This document shows positions 9,717 to 19,233 of a DNA stretch of 48,544 nucleotides, piece by piece. The position numbers and the translations under genes were made by a program. The notes beneath the pieces are model-generated. The model searched no databases. It was not told where the DNA came from and saw nothing but the letters and a program-made list of their open reading frames with translations. Source of the DNA: a virus (Duplodnaviria > Caudoviricetes); the IMG/VR virus record IMGVR_UViG_3300023214_000077, positions 1-48,544 of that record; one strand, written 5' to 3'. How positions within the stretch are numbered: position 1 is the stretch's first letter; every line of letters starts with the position of its first letter.

Positions 9717-9893
9717 TCACCCTTTCAGGAATGCGAACCAGAACAGAATCTTCAGCATGACTTCAGTGCCGTGCCCTTCGTTCCGCCGTTCCGGATTCGT
9801 GAACAGCCTGATGACCTGAATGCCATCGCGATAGCCTGCGACGATCGCCGATGCGATTGTGTTGTCATCGTCATCGACTTCCATGCCTTGCAT
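9717..9893 (-). CDS. 58-aa GNAT acetyltransferase-like fragment (absent from the ORF track)
   Basis: Hand translation MQGMEVDDDDNTIASAIVAGYRDGIQVIRLFTNPERRNEGHGTEVMLKILFWFAFLKG; motif-A-like PERRNEGHG; ATG overlaps the upstream TAA. Confidence 0.55.
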   Translation of the reverse strand: MQGMEVDDDDNTIASAIVAGYRDGIQVIRLFTNPERRNEGHGTEVMLKILFWFAFLKG

Positions 9894-10378
9894 TATTCAG
9901 CCGGACGTGTGAAAGGATTCTGATAGTTGAACGCCTTCGTCGCTTCGTCAGCCTGATCGAAGACACTGCTGACAGCGATCGACAGCGATTCATGTTCGCA
10001 CTTCGCGAACACTTTGTCTTCGCCAGTTTCGACAACCGTCACGATGAAGTTGCCGTCACGATCCAGCGACACGCTGCAGGCAAGGGATTCACAGTCATCG
10101 TTGTGATGTGCGATCGCCGTCATGCCGTCCGTCAGCCGCTTCAGTGCCGCACTGTTCGGTTCAGATGTGTCGTGATCCAGTTGATGAAGTCCAGCCCTTG
10201 CAGTCACGACAACGTCCTGAAGCAGTTCCGCGACCGTGTGACGCATAACTTCATCGCCGCCGACTTCCCGGTTCAGTTCTTCGCATAAATGCGACAGCCT
10301 GCATACGGATTCTTGATAGTTTGCGTGAAGACCGACGACGTCTGTCTTGACGGCTTGTTCAGCCATTTGTTCGAACAT
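9893..10378 (-). CDS. hypothetical protein
   Basis: 161-aa ORF with RBS GAAGGGACAA. Confidence 0.7.
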   Translation of the reverse strand: MFEQMAEQAVKTDVVGLHANYQESVCRLSHLCEELNREVGGDEVMRHTVAELLQDVVVTARAGLHQLDHDTSEPNSAALKRLTDGMTAIAHHNDDCESLACSVSLDRDGNFIVTVVETGEDKVFAKCEHESLSIAVSSVFDQADEATKAFNYQNPFTRPAE

Positions 10379-10465
10379 GGTATTGTCCCTTCAGTTTGGT
10401 ATTCGTATAGTTGGTTCTGTCACAAGTTTCAGTTCACTTCATTTCTTTGTCAAGGATCACGACAC

Positions 10466-10609
10466 ATGAACTTCGACGTCAATCTTCTAGCTGCCATCGG
10501 TGACGGCAATCTGATTCGGTTCGTACTTGGAATCGCGATCGGATGCTTCATCGGCTGGTTCATTCCTGCACCCGCTTTCATTGAAAAGCTGAAGAACCGG
10601 AAGCCTTGA
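10466..10609 (+). CDS. small single-TM membrane protein (47 aa)
   Basis: MNFDVNLLAAIGDGNLIRFVLGIAIGCFIGWFIP...KNRKP; RBS AAGGA. Confidence 0.6.
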   Translation: MNFDVNLLAAIGDGNLIRFVLGIAIGCFIGWFIPAPAFIEKLKNRKP

Positions 10610-10992
10610 CCGCCGCATCGTATGTTCGCATCAAGCCTTCTTCGATGCTGAATGTCGATCGCCAGTCAAGGCACGAATTGATCACCGCAAAGTCGCCGCA
10701 CGTGTGTTCCATGTCGGCGGCTTCTGCGTTGACATAGTCCCGCATGATTTCGACGCCGGACATTTCTTCGATCCGGTTCATCATGCCGTTGACGCTTTCC
10801 GTTTCCGTGCCGCCGACGTTCATGATGTGAAAGCCTTCCAGATCGCGACTGATGCCTTGAACCGCAAGGCTGTTCGCACGTGCCACGTCATCGACGTATG
10901 TGAACGCCTGCGACCTTGTGTCCACGGTTCAGAAGATCGCGTGCTGTCGCCGATCCGATCATGCCCGTGCCGCCTGTTAATAGTATTTTCAT
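10578..10992 (-). pseudogene. NAD-dependent nucleotide-sugar epimerase/dehydratase remnant (central deletion plus frameshift)
   Basis: N-terminal MKILLTGGTGMIGS Rossmann motif joins out of frame near 10905 to C-terminal FTYVDDVARAN...MNVGG...IEEGL. Confidence 0.8.
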
Positions 10993-11077
10993 TTCATCAC
11001 CTTTCTGATAGAATTCTTCGTGCTTGTTTGTTTGCGTTCGTCGACTTCTTGTGTCCTTGTCGGCGAACGCTTTTTCT

Positions 11078-12580
11078 TTAGAACGGCATGTCGTCGCCCG
11101 TGTCCATCGACCCGTCAGAATACCTTCGCGTCGATGACGTCGATGACTGTTCTGACACCCGACTGCGATCCGCTGCACGCTTGTCTTCTTCAGACATTTC
11201 ACTGATCACGCCCGTCGCACCTTCCCAACGATACGACACGCGACCCGTCCTGCCGTGCCTGTTCTTGCGAACGTATATGTCAAGCTGATCATCGTGCACG
11301 GTTCGTTCCATGTTCGGATCAGCGTCTTCGCGTTCTGACAAGTCCTTGTTCGGACGATGAAGAAGCATGACCGTGTCAGCATCCTGTTCGAAGTCGCCGG
11401 TGCCTTTCAGGTCTTCCAGCTTCGGAATTCCGTCAGCCGACTTGCGATTCAACTGTGCTGCAAGGAACAACGCGACCTTGTGATCTGACTTCAGTTGCCG
11501 GAAACCTTCGCTGATGATGTTCAGCCGATCAAGATCGGTTCGCGTTCGCTGCCGCGTGCGAATGATCTGTGCATAGTCGACGAAGATTGCCTGAACTGGA
11601 TCGCGTTCGCGTGTGATCGCATCTTCGCACAGCGTGACGATCTGACTGACCTTGCCACAGTCCGCGTGCAGTTCGATCGGCAGGCGGTGAATCGCTTCGT
11701 ACGCATCCGACACCCGCGACCGTGTTGTCTGTGACGGACCTTCGCCGACGATCTGCCCTGCCTTCACCTTCACGTGCAGCAAGTGCTTCTTCATGCCTGC
11801 GTGACAGCACGCCATCAGTTCAAGGATCACGTCGTACGGAACTTCAAGCGTGATGAACATGACCCTGATGCCAAGCTTCGCCAGTGCAAGCACCATGTTG
11901 ATCGTGACCGCTGTCTTCCCGATCGAAGGACGTGCACCGATGATGTTGTACGACGACGCCTTGAACTGCCCGATGACCTTGTCAAGTTCCGTGAAGCCCG
12001 TGTCGAATCCGGCTTCGACCTTTCCGTCAAGCCGTTCACACAACGCGTCGACGTTGTCGTGATAATCCTTCGCCAGTATCCCGCCGCGACCTGTCGCGAT
12101 CGAAGACGTGCGACTGATTTCAAGCATCGCTTCGCGTGCCTTGCCTAGTGCATCCGACGTGTTCCATGTGCCCGACAGCAGTTCATACGGCTGAAGTTCT
12201 GTCAGAATCTTTCGACGTCCGGACCTGTCGATGACGCGTCGCAGATAGAACAAGCCGTTGCGTGTGTCCTTTTCCGCTTCCCAATACCGTTCGGCGAATT
12301 CTGCCGACAGCGACACGTCACGCCGCATGATCGGTTCGACCGCCGCGACGATGTCGGATCGTGACGGAAGCCCGTCGACGTTGTTCGTCACGTCGATGAT
12401 CGCCTTCACCGCTTTGAAATAGTCGCCCGTATCCCACATGTCATCAGGGTCAAGCTGCATCGCGATCTTCTTTGCAAGACGCGGATCAAGCATGACGTGT
12501 GCGACAAGCATCTGTTCTTCGCGGATCGAATCAAGTTTCAGTCTGACGAAATCGTCGCCTTCAATTTTCGGTATGTCCAT
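11078..12580 (-). CDS. dnaB: replicative DNA helicase
   Basis: GARPSIGKT, IFVDYAQ, AQLNR, DLKGTGDFEQDAD, KNRHG. Confidence 0.95.
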   Translation of the reverse strand: MDIPKIEGDDFVRLKLDSIREEQMLVAHVMLDPRLAKKIAMQLDPDDMWDTGDYFKAVKAIIDVTNNVDGLPSRSDIVAAVEPIMRRDVSLSAEFAERYWEAEKDTRNGLFYLRRVIDRSGRRKILTELQPYELLSGTWNTSDALGKAREAMLEISRTSSIATGRGGILAKDYHDNVDALCERLDGKVEAGFDTGFTELDKVIGQFKASSYNIIGARPSIGKTAVTINMVLALAKLGIRVMFITLEVPYDVILELMACCHAGMKKHLLHVKVKAGQIVGEGPSQTTRSRVSDAYEAIHRLPIELHADCGKVSQIVTLCEDAITRERDPVQAIFVDYAQIIRTRQRTRTDLDRLNIISEGFRQLKSDHKVALFLAAQLNRKSADGIPKLEDLKGTGDFEQDADTVMLLHRPNKDLSEREDADPNMERTVHDDQLDIYVRKNRHGRTGRVSYRWEGATGVISEMSEEDKRAADRSRVSEQSSTSSTRRYSDGSMDTGDDMPF

Positions 12581-13628
12581 TCCCTTGTGCTTCCGTTCTT
12601 GTGGGTGCTGTGTATTGGAATTCGAATGATTGCCGATCGAACTTCATGTTCTTGCAGAACGTCTTGTTCAATGGCAACGCAACCGACCTGAATTCATCAA
12701 GCAAGTCAGTCGGGAATGCCGGACCCTTGTCGCTGATGAAGATCACTGACTTGCCGCCCGTGACCAGTCGTTGCACTTCGTCGAAAAGCAAGTCCCAAAA
12801 AACGGTTTCCATTTCCTTTCGCAACGCGATGAAGATGATGTTCTTTTCAAGCAGTAGTCGCCACGCGTTCACGTCCTTCTTGAACCAGCTTTGAATCTGA
12901 TCACCCTGAAGGAACGTGCACGAAAAGTGCCCGTCGATGTACAGCCGCATCATGACTTCACAGATCATCTTCGTGCGATTGTACGTTCGCGGAATCTGAA
13001 GCCACTTGATCGAATCGAAGTTGATCTGAAAAAGCAACCACTGATACAAGTTGTTCAGTTCAGCTTCTTCATCGTCAGCCAGTTCACACGACGACGGCAG
13101 CTTCAGGTACGCTTCAAGATCACGACGATGTCGACGCACCGTTGATTCAGCTTGAATCTTCGCCTGATGAAGTTCAGTGCGGTGCTTGCGATACGACAGA
13201 TCGTCGATCGACCCTTGCCGATGATCAAGCACAAGCTTCTGATCTTCTTCGTCCAGTGCATCGAATGATGTCAGCCGATGATCCTGAAGACACTTCTGCA
13301 GATAGCTGTCGCCCCGCTTGCAGACCGACCAGAAGTCTTGACACAGTGCCTTGTTGTATTCAAGCCGCTGCAGTGCTTCCGACTGCGAAAACGGTTCAGG
13401 ACATTCAGCGAACAGATCGTTGTCGTCCTTGTTCCAGCGAAGCGACGTGCGTTTCGTTTGCGGCACTGTCACAAGTTCTGTGATGTGTGCCCGTTCGTCT
13501 TCGCTGATCTTCGGTTCTTCGGTCGACTTGACGTCTGACCAGAAGTCCGCATCTTTCTGTTCATCCAGAATGTGAATCCGATCTTTCACTGTCGTTGTCC
13601 TTTCGGTTTTCAGTTGCTTGTTGTTCAC
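12561..13628 (-). CDS. hypothetical replication protein (possible degenerate DnaC-like loader)
   Basis: Lies between initiator and DnaB; C-terminal LLFDEVQRLVTGGKSVIFIS resembles DnaC/IstB, but no Walker A is visible. Confidence 0.5.
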   Translation of the reverse strand: MNNKQLKTERTTTVKDRIHILDEQKDADFWSDVKSTEEPKISEDERAHITELVTVPQTKRTSLRWNKDDNDLFAECPEPFSQSEALQRLEYNKALCQDFWSVCKRGDSYLQKCLQDHRLTSFDALDEEDQKLVLDHRQGSIDDLSYRKHRTELHQAKIQAESTVRRHRRDLEAYLKLPSSCELADDEEAELNNLYQWLLFQINFDSIKWLQIPRTYNRTKMICEVMMRLYIDGHFSCTFLQGDQIQSWFKKDVNAWRLLLEKNIIFIALRKEMETVFWDLLFDEVQRLVTGGKSVIFISDKGPAFPTDLLDEFRSVALPLNKTFCKNMKFDRQSFEFQYTAPTRTEAQGNGHTEN

Positions 13629-14703
13629 GCCGCACGCGTTCGCGATAGGCTTCTTGATCGAAGAAGGCGTCGCCGACAGGCGTGCCGATCTTCTGTTCTT
13701 CTTTCTGCTGACGCTTCTTCATCAGCCAGTCCGGTACGTCAGCATATCGGCTGTCGAATAATTTTTCAAGGTTCGATTCGTCGTGCACATTTTCGCGGAA
13801 GTGCTTCTTGTCTTTCGGGAATGACAGCAACCATTCGAACGTGAACCACTTTTCGCCGTGACACATCTTCGCGTCCTTGATGTGCTGCATCAGTTCGTCT
13901 TGATCTTCAGGCTTGATCAGAAATTCTTGAAGACGCTTGCGTTCGCCGCGACCGCTGACTTCGACCCACTTCGCGAAGACCTTGCGTGCGATCTGATCGC
14001 GACGCGGACGACTGCCCATGACGCCGGACGGAAGTTCTGACAGCAAGTTGTTCAGCCGTATCAACGCGTCGATGTGCTTGCCTTGATGTGCCGGATTCTT
14101 TTTCAGATCGGACGCCTTCAGCGATCCTGTCGATCGACGTTTCTTCTTGCCGCGTTCTTCCGGAAGCGATGACTTGTCGAACATCGTTGCTTGATCCTTG
14201 TCGACTGAACCGGACGATACCTGTACTTGTACTTGTTTATCTTTATTAAGCTTCAGAAAGGGTTCGTCGGGTTCAGTCGAAAGATGACCGACAGAAACAA
14301 CTTTCAGCCCTGATTTTACGATAGTTTCAGTCGAAAGTTCAGTCGAAAGTTCAGTCGAAAGTTCAGTCGAAACACCCTTTCGACTGGACAGCGTCAAGAT
14401 TTCGACTGAAGACCAGCGATCATGATTCGTGAACGACACGATGTTCAAATCACGAAGACGCTTGATGATGTTCCGGACCGTCACGACGGACACGCCGACC
14501 AGATTCGCGACGCCTTGTGTGTTCAGATACGTTTCGTTCGGCTTGAACTGATGCGTGCGTCGCGTCGCACCAAGATCGAACGTGTGAACGCGTTCGTGCG
14601 ACTGCACCTGCGTGAAGATAATGTGAAGAACTTTCCGTTGTTTTTCCGTTAGTCCTTGTTGACTTGCGTCGTCTTCATGCGACAATATCTGTCGTTCAAG
14701 CAT
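13561..14703 (-). CDS. phage replication initiator (lambda O-like architecture, N-terminal wHTH)
   Basis: HTH TQGVANLVGVSVVTVRNIIKRL followed by a repeat-containing linker; upstream of helicase. Confidence 0.75.
   Translation of the reverse strand: MLERQILSHEDDASQQGLTEKQRKVLHIIFTQVQSHERVHTFDLGATRRTHQFKPNETYLNTQGVANLVGVSVVTVRNIIKRLRDLNIVSFTNHDRWSSVEILTLSSRKGVSTELSTELSTELSTETIVKSGLKVVSVGHLSTEPDEPFLKLNKDKQVQVQVSSGSVDKDQATMFDKSSLPEERGKKKRRSTGSLKASDLKKNPAHQGKHIDALIRLNNLLSELPSGVMGSRPRRDQIARKVFAKWVEVSGRGERKRLQEFLIKPEDQDELMQHIKDAKMCHGEKWFTFEWLLSFPKDKKHFRENVHDESNLEKLFDSRYADVPDWLMKKRQQKEEQKIGTPVGDAFFDQEAYRERVRREQQATENRKDNDSERSDSHSG
14226..14410. repeat. iteron array plus AT-rich tract (putative replication origin)
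   Basis: TTCAGTCGAAAG x4 at 14326-14372, another copy at 14272-14283, inverted copy at 14400-14410; AT-rich tract at 14226-14253. Confidence 0.8.
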
Positions 14704-14735
14704 TCTGAATACCCTTTCGCTTGCCTTGATTCATG

Positions 14736-14770
14736 AACGCATTCGGCACCCACCGACTGCGTTTTTTTTT
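14736..14770 (+). terminator. possible terminator hairpin (plus strand)
   Basis: ACGCA-TTCGG...CCGA-C-TGCGT followed by T9. Confidence 0.4.
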
Positions 14771-14961
14771 GCGATCACAGCAATACCCGACGATCGCACC
14801 GCTTGTCAAGTCAGCACAATATCTTGTGTGCCGTCGCCGAAGACGCCACAAAATAGCGAACCGCTTGACGCTGATCTGATCATGCCGTATGTGCCGCCCA
14901 CAATGGCGACGTCGGCTTCTGCTTCCGCTTTTCCTTTCCTTCCGCGTACGGCACGCACCAT

Positions 14962-15714
14962 TCACGCACCTGATCTTCGGTCGCGAATTCTGCCGCGATC
15001 CAGACTTGCATCTTCCGGTTCGTCTCCACTGTACCACGGAAGCACAAGATCATCAGGATCGTCAAGCCACGCACGATAGTATCCTTTCGATCGCCAGCAG
15101 TGAAAGTTCGGTGCTTCGTCTGGATTCGTCGGCAGACGCTTGAATGATTCTGCCGCCTTCATCGCGTTGACGTGCCAGTTCGGGTGAAACTGCCACGAAG
15201 AACGATCGCCGACCGTGCCGCACTTTCCGATCACCGGATTCGGCCAGCCGCGTTGAAGCCATTCCGGAAGTGCATCAAGTGCCCAAAGACGCCACGGCAC
15301 CGGCAGACACTTCATGTCGTCACGGTGCACAAGCTTCGTGCCAGATTCAAGAAGGTTCGTGAAGTTCCAGACGTTCGCGTCAACGAAGACCGCGTACGTG
15401 CGGGAACTGTTGAAGCACAAGATCGCGTGATGATCATCCGGATCGAAGCCGTCGTATGACAGATCGTTCTTCGGAATCAAGAAATGGTTGATGTCCACCT
15501 TGTCATCAGGTTCGACGAAGTCAAGCGGATCAAAGAAAACCCAATGCTGCAGGATCAAGAACTTGATCTTCTTGTTACCCTTGCTTGCGACGATGTCGTA
15601 TGCAATGACACCGCGTTCGGTGCCGCCGACCTTTTCAGCCGACAGCACCGACCACTTGCGATGTTGAAGCCACGCGATCGCCGCGTCTTTCAGATCATTC
15701 GATGTCAGGTTCAT
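14962..15714 (-). CDS. hypothetical protein, restriction-endonuclease-like fold possible
   Basis: AAIAWLQHRKWSV...YDIVASKG N-terminus; coupled to the RecT stop (ATGA). Confidence 0.55.
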   Translation of the reverse strand: MNLTSNDLKDAAIAWLQHRKWSVLSAEKVGGTERGVIAYDIVASKGNKKIKFLILQHWVFFDPLDFVEPDDKVDINHFLIPKNDLSYDGFDPDDHHAILCFNSSRTYAVFVDANVWNFTNLLESGTKLVHRDDMKCLPVPWRLWALDALPEWLQRGWPNPVIGKCGTVGDRSSWQFHPNWHVNAMKAAESFKRLPTNPDEAPNFHCWRSKGYYRAWLDDPDDLVLPWYSGDEPEDASLDRGRIRDRRSGA

Positions 15715-17963
15715 GACAGCGAAGCCCTGATTGCAGATTCGCGTTCAGACGATGCAGCGTCGACTTGTGCGATCTGTTCTTCAGTCAGTTGATGTGAAGA
15801 CTTGAATTCGTCCCGTGCGACACGCACCTTCCGAATCTGCTTCTGTGCTTCGATCTGCGAACTGAATTCAGCGAAGTCAGACTCGAAGTCGCCCGATGTT
15901 GCCGGTGCCTGTTCCTGTTCAGCTTCAGCCGGAAGAAGTTCTTGCTGCTGCCCGTCAGAAGCTTCAGGTTCGCCGTCTGTGCCCGTTTCGCCCTGTTCGA
16001 CGTCAACTGTGTCGGATTCAGGCTGAACGGCTTCAGGCGGCTGTTCAGGTGCCTTTTCAGGCGGCGCCTTTTCCTTTTCCGCTTCGACCTGCGTTCCGGT
16101 CTTCAGATCGGCAGGCTTCTTCGGCGTCTTTGCACGTGACTTCTTCGACGTCGTCTTCTTCGCTTTCGGCTGTGCCGCCTTCTTCTGCAGGCGATCTTCA
16201 CTGTCGTCAATGTCCTGAATGTCGAATTCCCGTGTCGGTGCTTCAATACGCTGTGCAGAATCGAATTCTTCAGCGACGTACATACCAGACGTTTCACCGG
16301 GAAAGGCTGTGCGAAGAACAGACGCTTCGGTGCAGTTGCCGCAAACAAACGAAAAACCGTGTCGCCTAACAATAATTTCACCCGATGGCACTGTCACACA
16401 CCACACTTCGCCGCTGTAACTCTGTCGCCTCAATGAAGGCTCCGAATCGCCGGACATGTTTCTGACCGGAATAGATGCACGTGACGAAATCGCCAAGCAA
16501 AAGCGGCCACCGCCACGTTCATTGGAAGAAACAGAATAGCCAGCATTGACAGCCAGTATTTCGAACAGTCGCTTCACATCAGTGTCGTTTTGATAGAACC
16601 TTCGACACCCGTTTTCTTTGACATGGCCGTCAAATTCGACCATCGTGTCAACAATAACTCTGCATTGATCACGGTTCAGCCGAAGCATTGATTCAAAGTC
16701 GATAACTTTATTGCCAGACACCAAGCCATCAAATTCAAATCTATGATAAAATACCTCTTGGTCGTGACGTGTCGTGACAGTTCGTCCGTCAATGGCCGAT
16801 TCGTCACCTGCACATCTTCGGGTGTGAGTCGAAGTGAATCTGTTTATTTCGTTGATTCGGTCTATCTTATATTGCCTTGACACCTTGATCGCCCACGTCC
16901 ACTTGTCATGTGCGTATCCACAACACAAAAAGATAGCAAGCAGACGAAGCGAATCATCGTCTATCAATAAACCTTCCTGGTTGTTTTTGATTGTCCTTGG
17001 GACATCAAAGACCGGTCTTCTTCGCGAACGATCAATCATTTCACTTGCTTCAATCCGAATCTTTTCACCGACCTGTCGCTCAACAAGAACCATGTCGTGA
17101 TTCGGTGTCACGCTAAAGTCTAGGTTCTGGTTTTCGTTCACGATCATGTCCCCAACATAGTCCTGTACAAACGGCACCGCGTCTGTCGCCGCAAGTCCGC
17201 ATTCTGTAACCTGAAGAATACGCTGATCAGAAACTTCGCTGAAAAGTACGAAGCCGCGATCCGTTAAGACTTCTGTCTGGTCGTCAAAACATTTCACGAT
17301 CATGCCGCCGGGATCAGCCGCCCATCGTGAATAGCCGGTATCGAAGACGGACAGGTTCAGGCGATCGTACACTTCGATGTCGCGATCGTTGCGTGTGATC
17401 CGTGCCCAACCGCCGACCAGTTCGTGACGATCAGGCAAGAAGAAGTCGCCTTGCATTTCAACGATGTCGCCTTCTTTATGTTCAACACCGTCAATCCGAC
17501 CGTCGACCTTCATCACGATGATGACGCCGGACTTCATGCCTTTATAGTGCGGATTGATTTCAGCACGCTTCAGAAGGGCACTGTGTGCGACGACGATATT
17601 GAAGACAGGCGTGAAACCGCCGCCTGCGATCCGTTGATCGTATCCGATCAGGTACGCATCACCGACAAGCGGATTCAGTTTGCGTGCTTCGCACAGCTTC
17701 ATGAACTTGAAGCATTCGCGATCGTCCGGATACTTGCCCGACTTTGTCGGAACGCTGACGACTGACTTGACCAGTGCAAGCGACAGTTCGACCTTGTCGC
17801 CTGTTTCCAGTGATTGAAATTCGCACGACCGACGTTGCTGCATTTTAAGAAGGTTCGCGTCGGCTTGTTCGCGAAGCCGATCGTCGTCGGATTGCGGACG
17901 ACCGCCGCCGTTCCCGTTCTTGAATTGCGATGCGTCTTGTGCGACTGCAGGTGCGGTTGACAT
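15711..17963 (-). CDS. recT: RecT/Bet ssDNA annealing protein with intein
   Basis: KLNPLVGDAYLI, LVGGWARI, spliced MIVK-CTEASVLRTAFP; start moved to MSTAP at 17963 (RBS AAAGGA). Confidence 0.88.
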   Translation of the reverse strand: MSTAPAVAQDASQFKNGNGGGRPQSDDDRLREQADANLLKMQQRRSCEFQSLETGDKVELSLALVKSVVSVPTKSGKYPDDRECFKFMKLCEARKLNPLVGDAYLIGYDQRIAGGGFTPVFNIVVAHSALLKRAEINPHYKGMKSGVIIVMKVDGRIDGVEHKEGDIVEMQGDFFLPDRHELVGGWARITRNDRDIEVYDRLNLSVFDTGYSRWAADPGGMIVKCFDDQTEVLTDRGFVLFSEVSDQRILQVTECGLAATDAVPFVQDYVGDMIVNENQNLDFSVTPNHDMVLVERQVGEKIRIEASEMIDRSRRRPVFDVPRTIKNNQEGLLIDDDSLRLLAIFLCCGYAHDKWTWAIKVSRQYKIDRINEINRFTSTHTRRCAGDESAIDGRTVTTRHDQEVFYHRFEFDGLVSGNKVIDFESMLRLNRDQCRVIVDTMVEFDGHVKENGCRRFYQNDTDVKRLFEILAVNAGYSVSSNERGGGRFCLAISSRASIPVRNMSGDSEPSLRRQSYSGEVWCVTVPSGEIIVRRHGFSFVCGNCTEASVLRTAFPGETSGMYVAEEFDSAQRIEAPTREFDIQDIDDSEDRLQKKAAQPKAKKTTSKKSRAKTPKKPADLKTGTQVEAEKEKAPPEKAPEQPPEAVQPESDTVDVEQGETGTDGEPEASDGQQQELLPAEAEQEQAPATSGDFESDFAEFSSQIEAQKQIRKVRVARDEFKSSHQLTEEQIAQVDAASSERESAIRASLS
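16335..17291 (-). mobile_element. intein (319 aa) with degenerate LAGLIDADG in RecT
   Basis: MIVK|CFDDQTEVLT...VTPNHDM...VWCVTVPSG...FVCGN|CTEA; motifs LAIFLCCG and TMVEFDG. Confidence 0.93.
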
Positions 17964-18019
17964 AGTGTGATCCTTTTTCATTTTGGTGTTGAAATTGTGA
18001 AATTGTGAAACGTTTCGCC

Positions 18020-19069
18020 CTACTTCTTCAGCTTGTATTGTCGTGACACGTACACGGGCGGGTGCAAGTCGACAATTGTGTTGTGACTGATCCGCTTCCA
18101 TTCCTGCGATTCAACACAGTGCTGAAAGTGAACAAGTTCCTTCTGCCATTCGTGAAAGGCGATTTCGAACCATTCGTCGACGACGTTGAAGCATTCGACG
18201 ACATACGACTTCGACTGCTTTTCCGTCACGATGTAAATGACAGGCCACAGTTCACCGCCGTTGATCTGCCTGATCGCTTCGCGATACCACGTCGCCTGCA
18301 AGTGATACTTCCACTTGTAGAAGTCCGCCGCGAAGTTCCAGTGATCATTGCGTGCCGCTGTCTTGTAATCGACGACGACCTTCTGCAGTGACAGGCTGTC
18401 AAGCTGACACCGAAGCAAGATGCCAGTGAACGGACACGTGAAGACGATCGCGATGTGTCGCAGGCTGTCGCCGTACAGCAACGCCTTCGCCTTCGTGTGT
18501 TCACGGACGTTCGCCGTGATCTTTTCAAGCGGTTCAACAAGTTCGCGATGTTCCTGTTCAGTCATCACCGTGCGACCCTTGTTCGCTTCGACGAATTCCT
18601 TGTACGCACTGCCCGACTTCGCGAAGCTGTGATGATCGTCGTTCATCGGATCGTATTCGATCTGATTCTTGTCGAACCACGTGCCCGCACGCTTTCGCCG
18701 CGACAGCTTTTCATTCGGAATCACGACCGGATTGCCGGGAACTTCGTCATGAAAAAGAAAGTGTTCGACCTGTTTGCCGAAGGCGAAGTGAACAGGATCA
18801 GGTGCGTCAGGATCAGGTTCACCCAAGAACGCATCAGAGAACGTTTCAGGTTCTTCGACAAACTTCATGAACTGACTGTGCGACAGTTCAGGCCGCGAAT
18901 GATAATCGCCTGCCGAATCACGGATCAGCTTCGCCTTCAGTTCGACTGCCGGATTGTACGGATTCGCCGCCGTCACCCATTCGTCGAAGTCCGGAAAGCC
19001 TAGAAGGTTCAGCAGTCGTTCTTCTTCTGCCCGATCCATTTCGGGCACATCAAAATTGCGTTGATTCAT
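18020..19069 (-). CDS. RecE/exonuclease VIII-like PD-(D/E)XK nuclease (DUF3799-like)
   Basis: YHSRPELSHS, FGKQVEH, RCQLD, VDYKT, YHLQATWY; paired with RecT; start MNQRN at 19069. Confidence 0.85.
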   Translation of the reverse strand: MNQRNFDVPEMDRAEEERLLNLLGFPDFDEWVTAANPYNPAVELKAKLIRDSAGDYHSRPELSHSQFMKFVEEPETFSDAFLGEPDPDAPDPVHFAFGKQVEHFLFHDEVPGNPVVIPNEKLSRRKRAGTWFDKNQIEYDPMNDDHHSFAKSGSAYKEFVEANKGRTVMTEQEHRELVEPLEKITANVREHTKAKALLYGDSLRHIAIVFTCPFTGILLRCQLDSLSLQKVVVDYKTAARNDHWNFAADFYKWKYHLQATWYREAIRQINGGELWPVIYIVTEKQSKSYVVECFNVVDEWFEIAFHEWQKELVHFQHCVESQEWKRISHNTIVDLHPPVYVSRQYKLKK

Positions 19070-19123
19070 GTTCAGTTGTCCTTTCAGTTGAATGTGAATC
19101 AGTTGCGTTTGCTTGATGTGCCA

Positions 19124-19152
19124 AGTATATGAACATCTTCGGCACCCGTCAA
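19124..19152 (-). promoter_or_regulatory. sigma70-type promoter TTGACG-N17-TATACT for the recE/recT-replication operon
   Basis: Near-consensus boxes between a terminator and the first gene. Confidence 0.75.
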
Positions 19153-19174
19153 TCTTTAAGAATTCCAAAGAAAC

Positions 19175-19210
19175 AAAAAAGCCCGCTTTTCACGCATGAA
19201 AAACGGGCTT
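19175..19210 (-). terminator. rho-independent terminator after csrA
   Basis: AAGCCCG...CGGGCTT stem plus T6 on the minus strand. Confidence 0.72.
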
Positions 19211-19233
19211 GACATCGGATCGCGAAGCTGTGA

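Noticed and set aside
14326-14372. Possible CRISPR or mini-array
   Set aside because: Contiguous 12-bp units with no spacers; better explained as iterons. No cas genes in the window.
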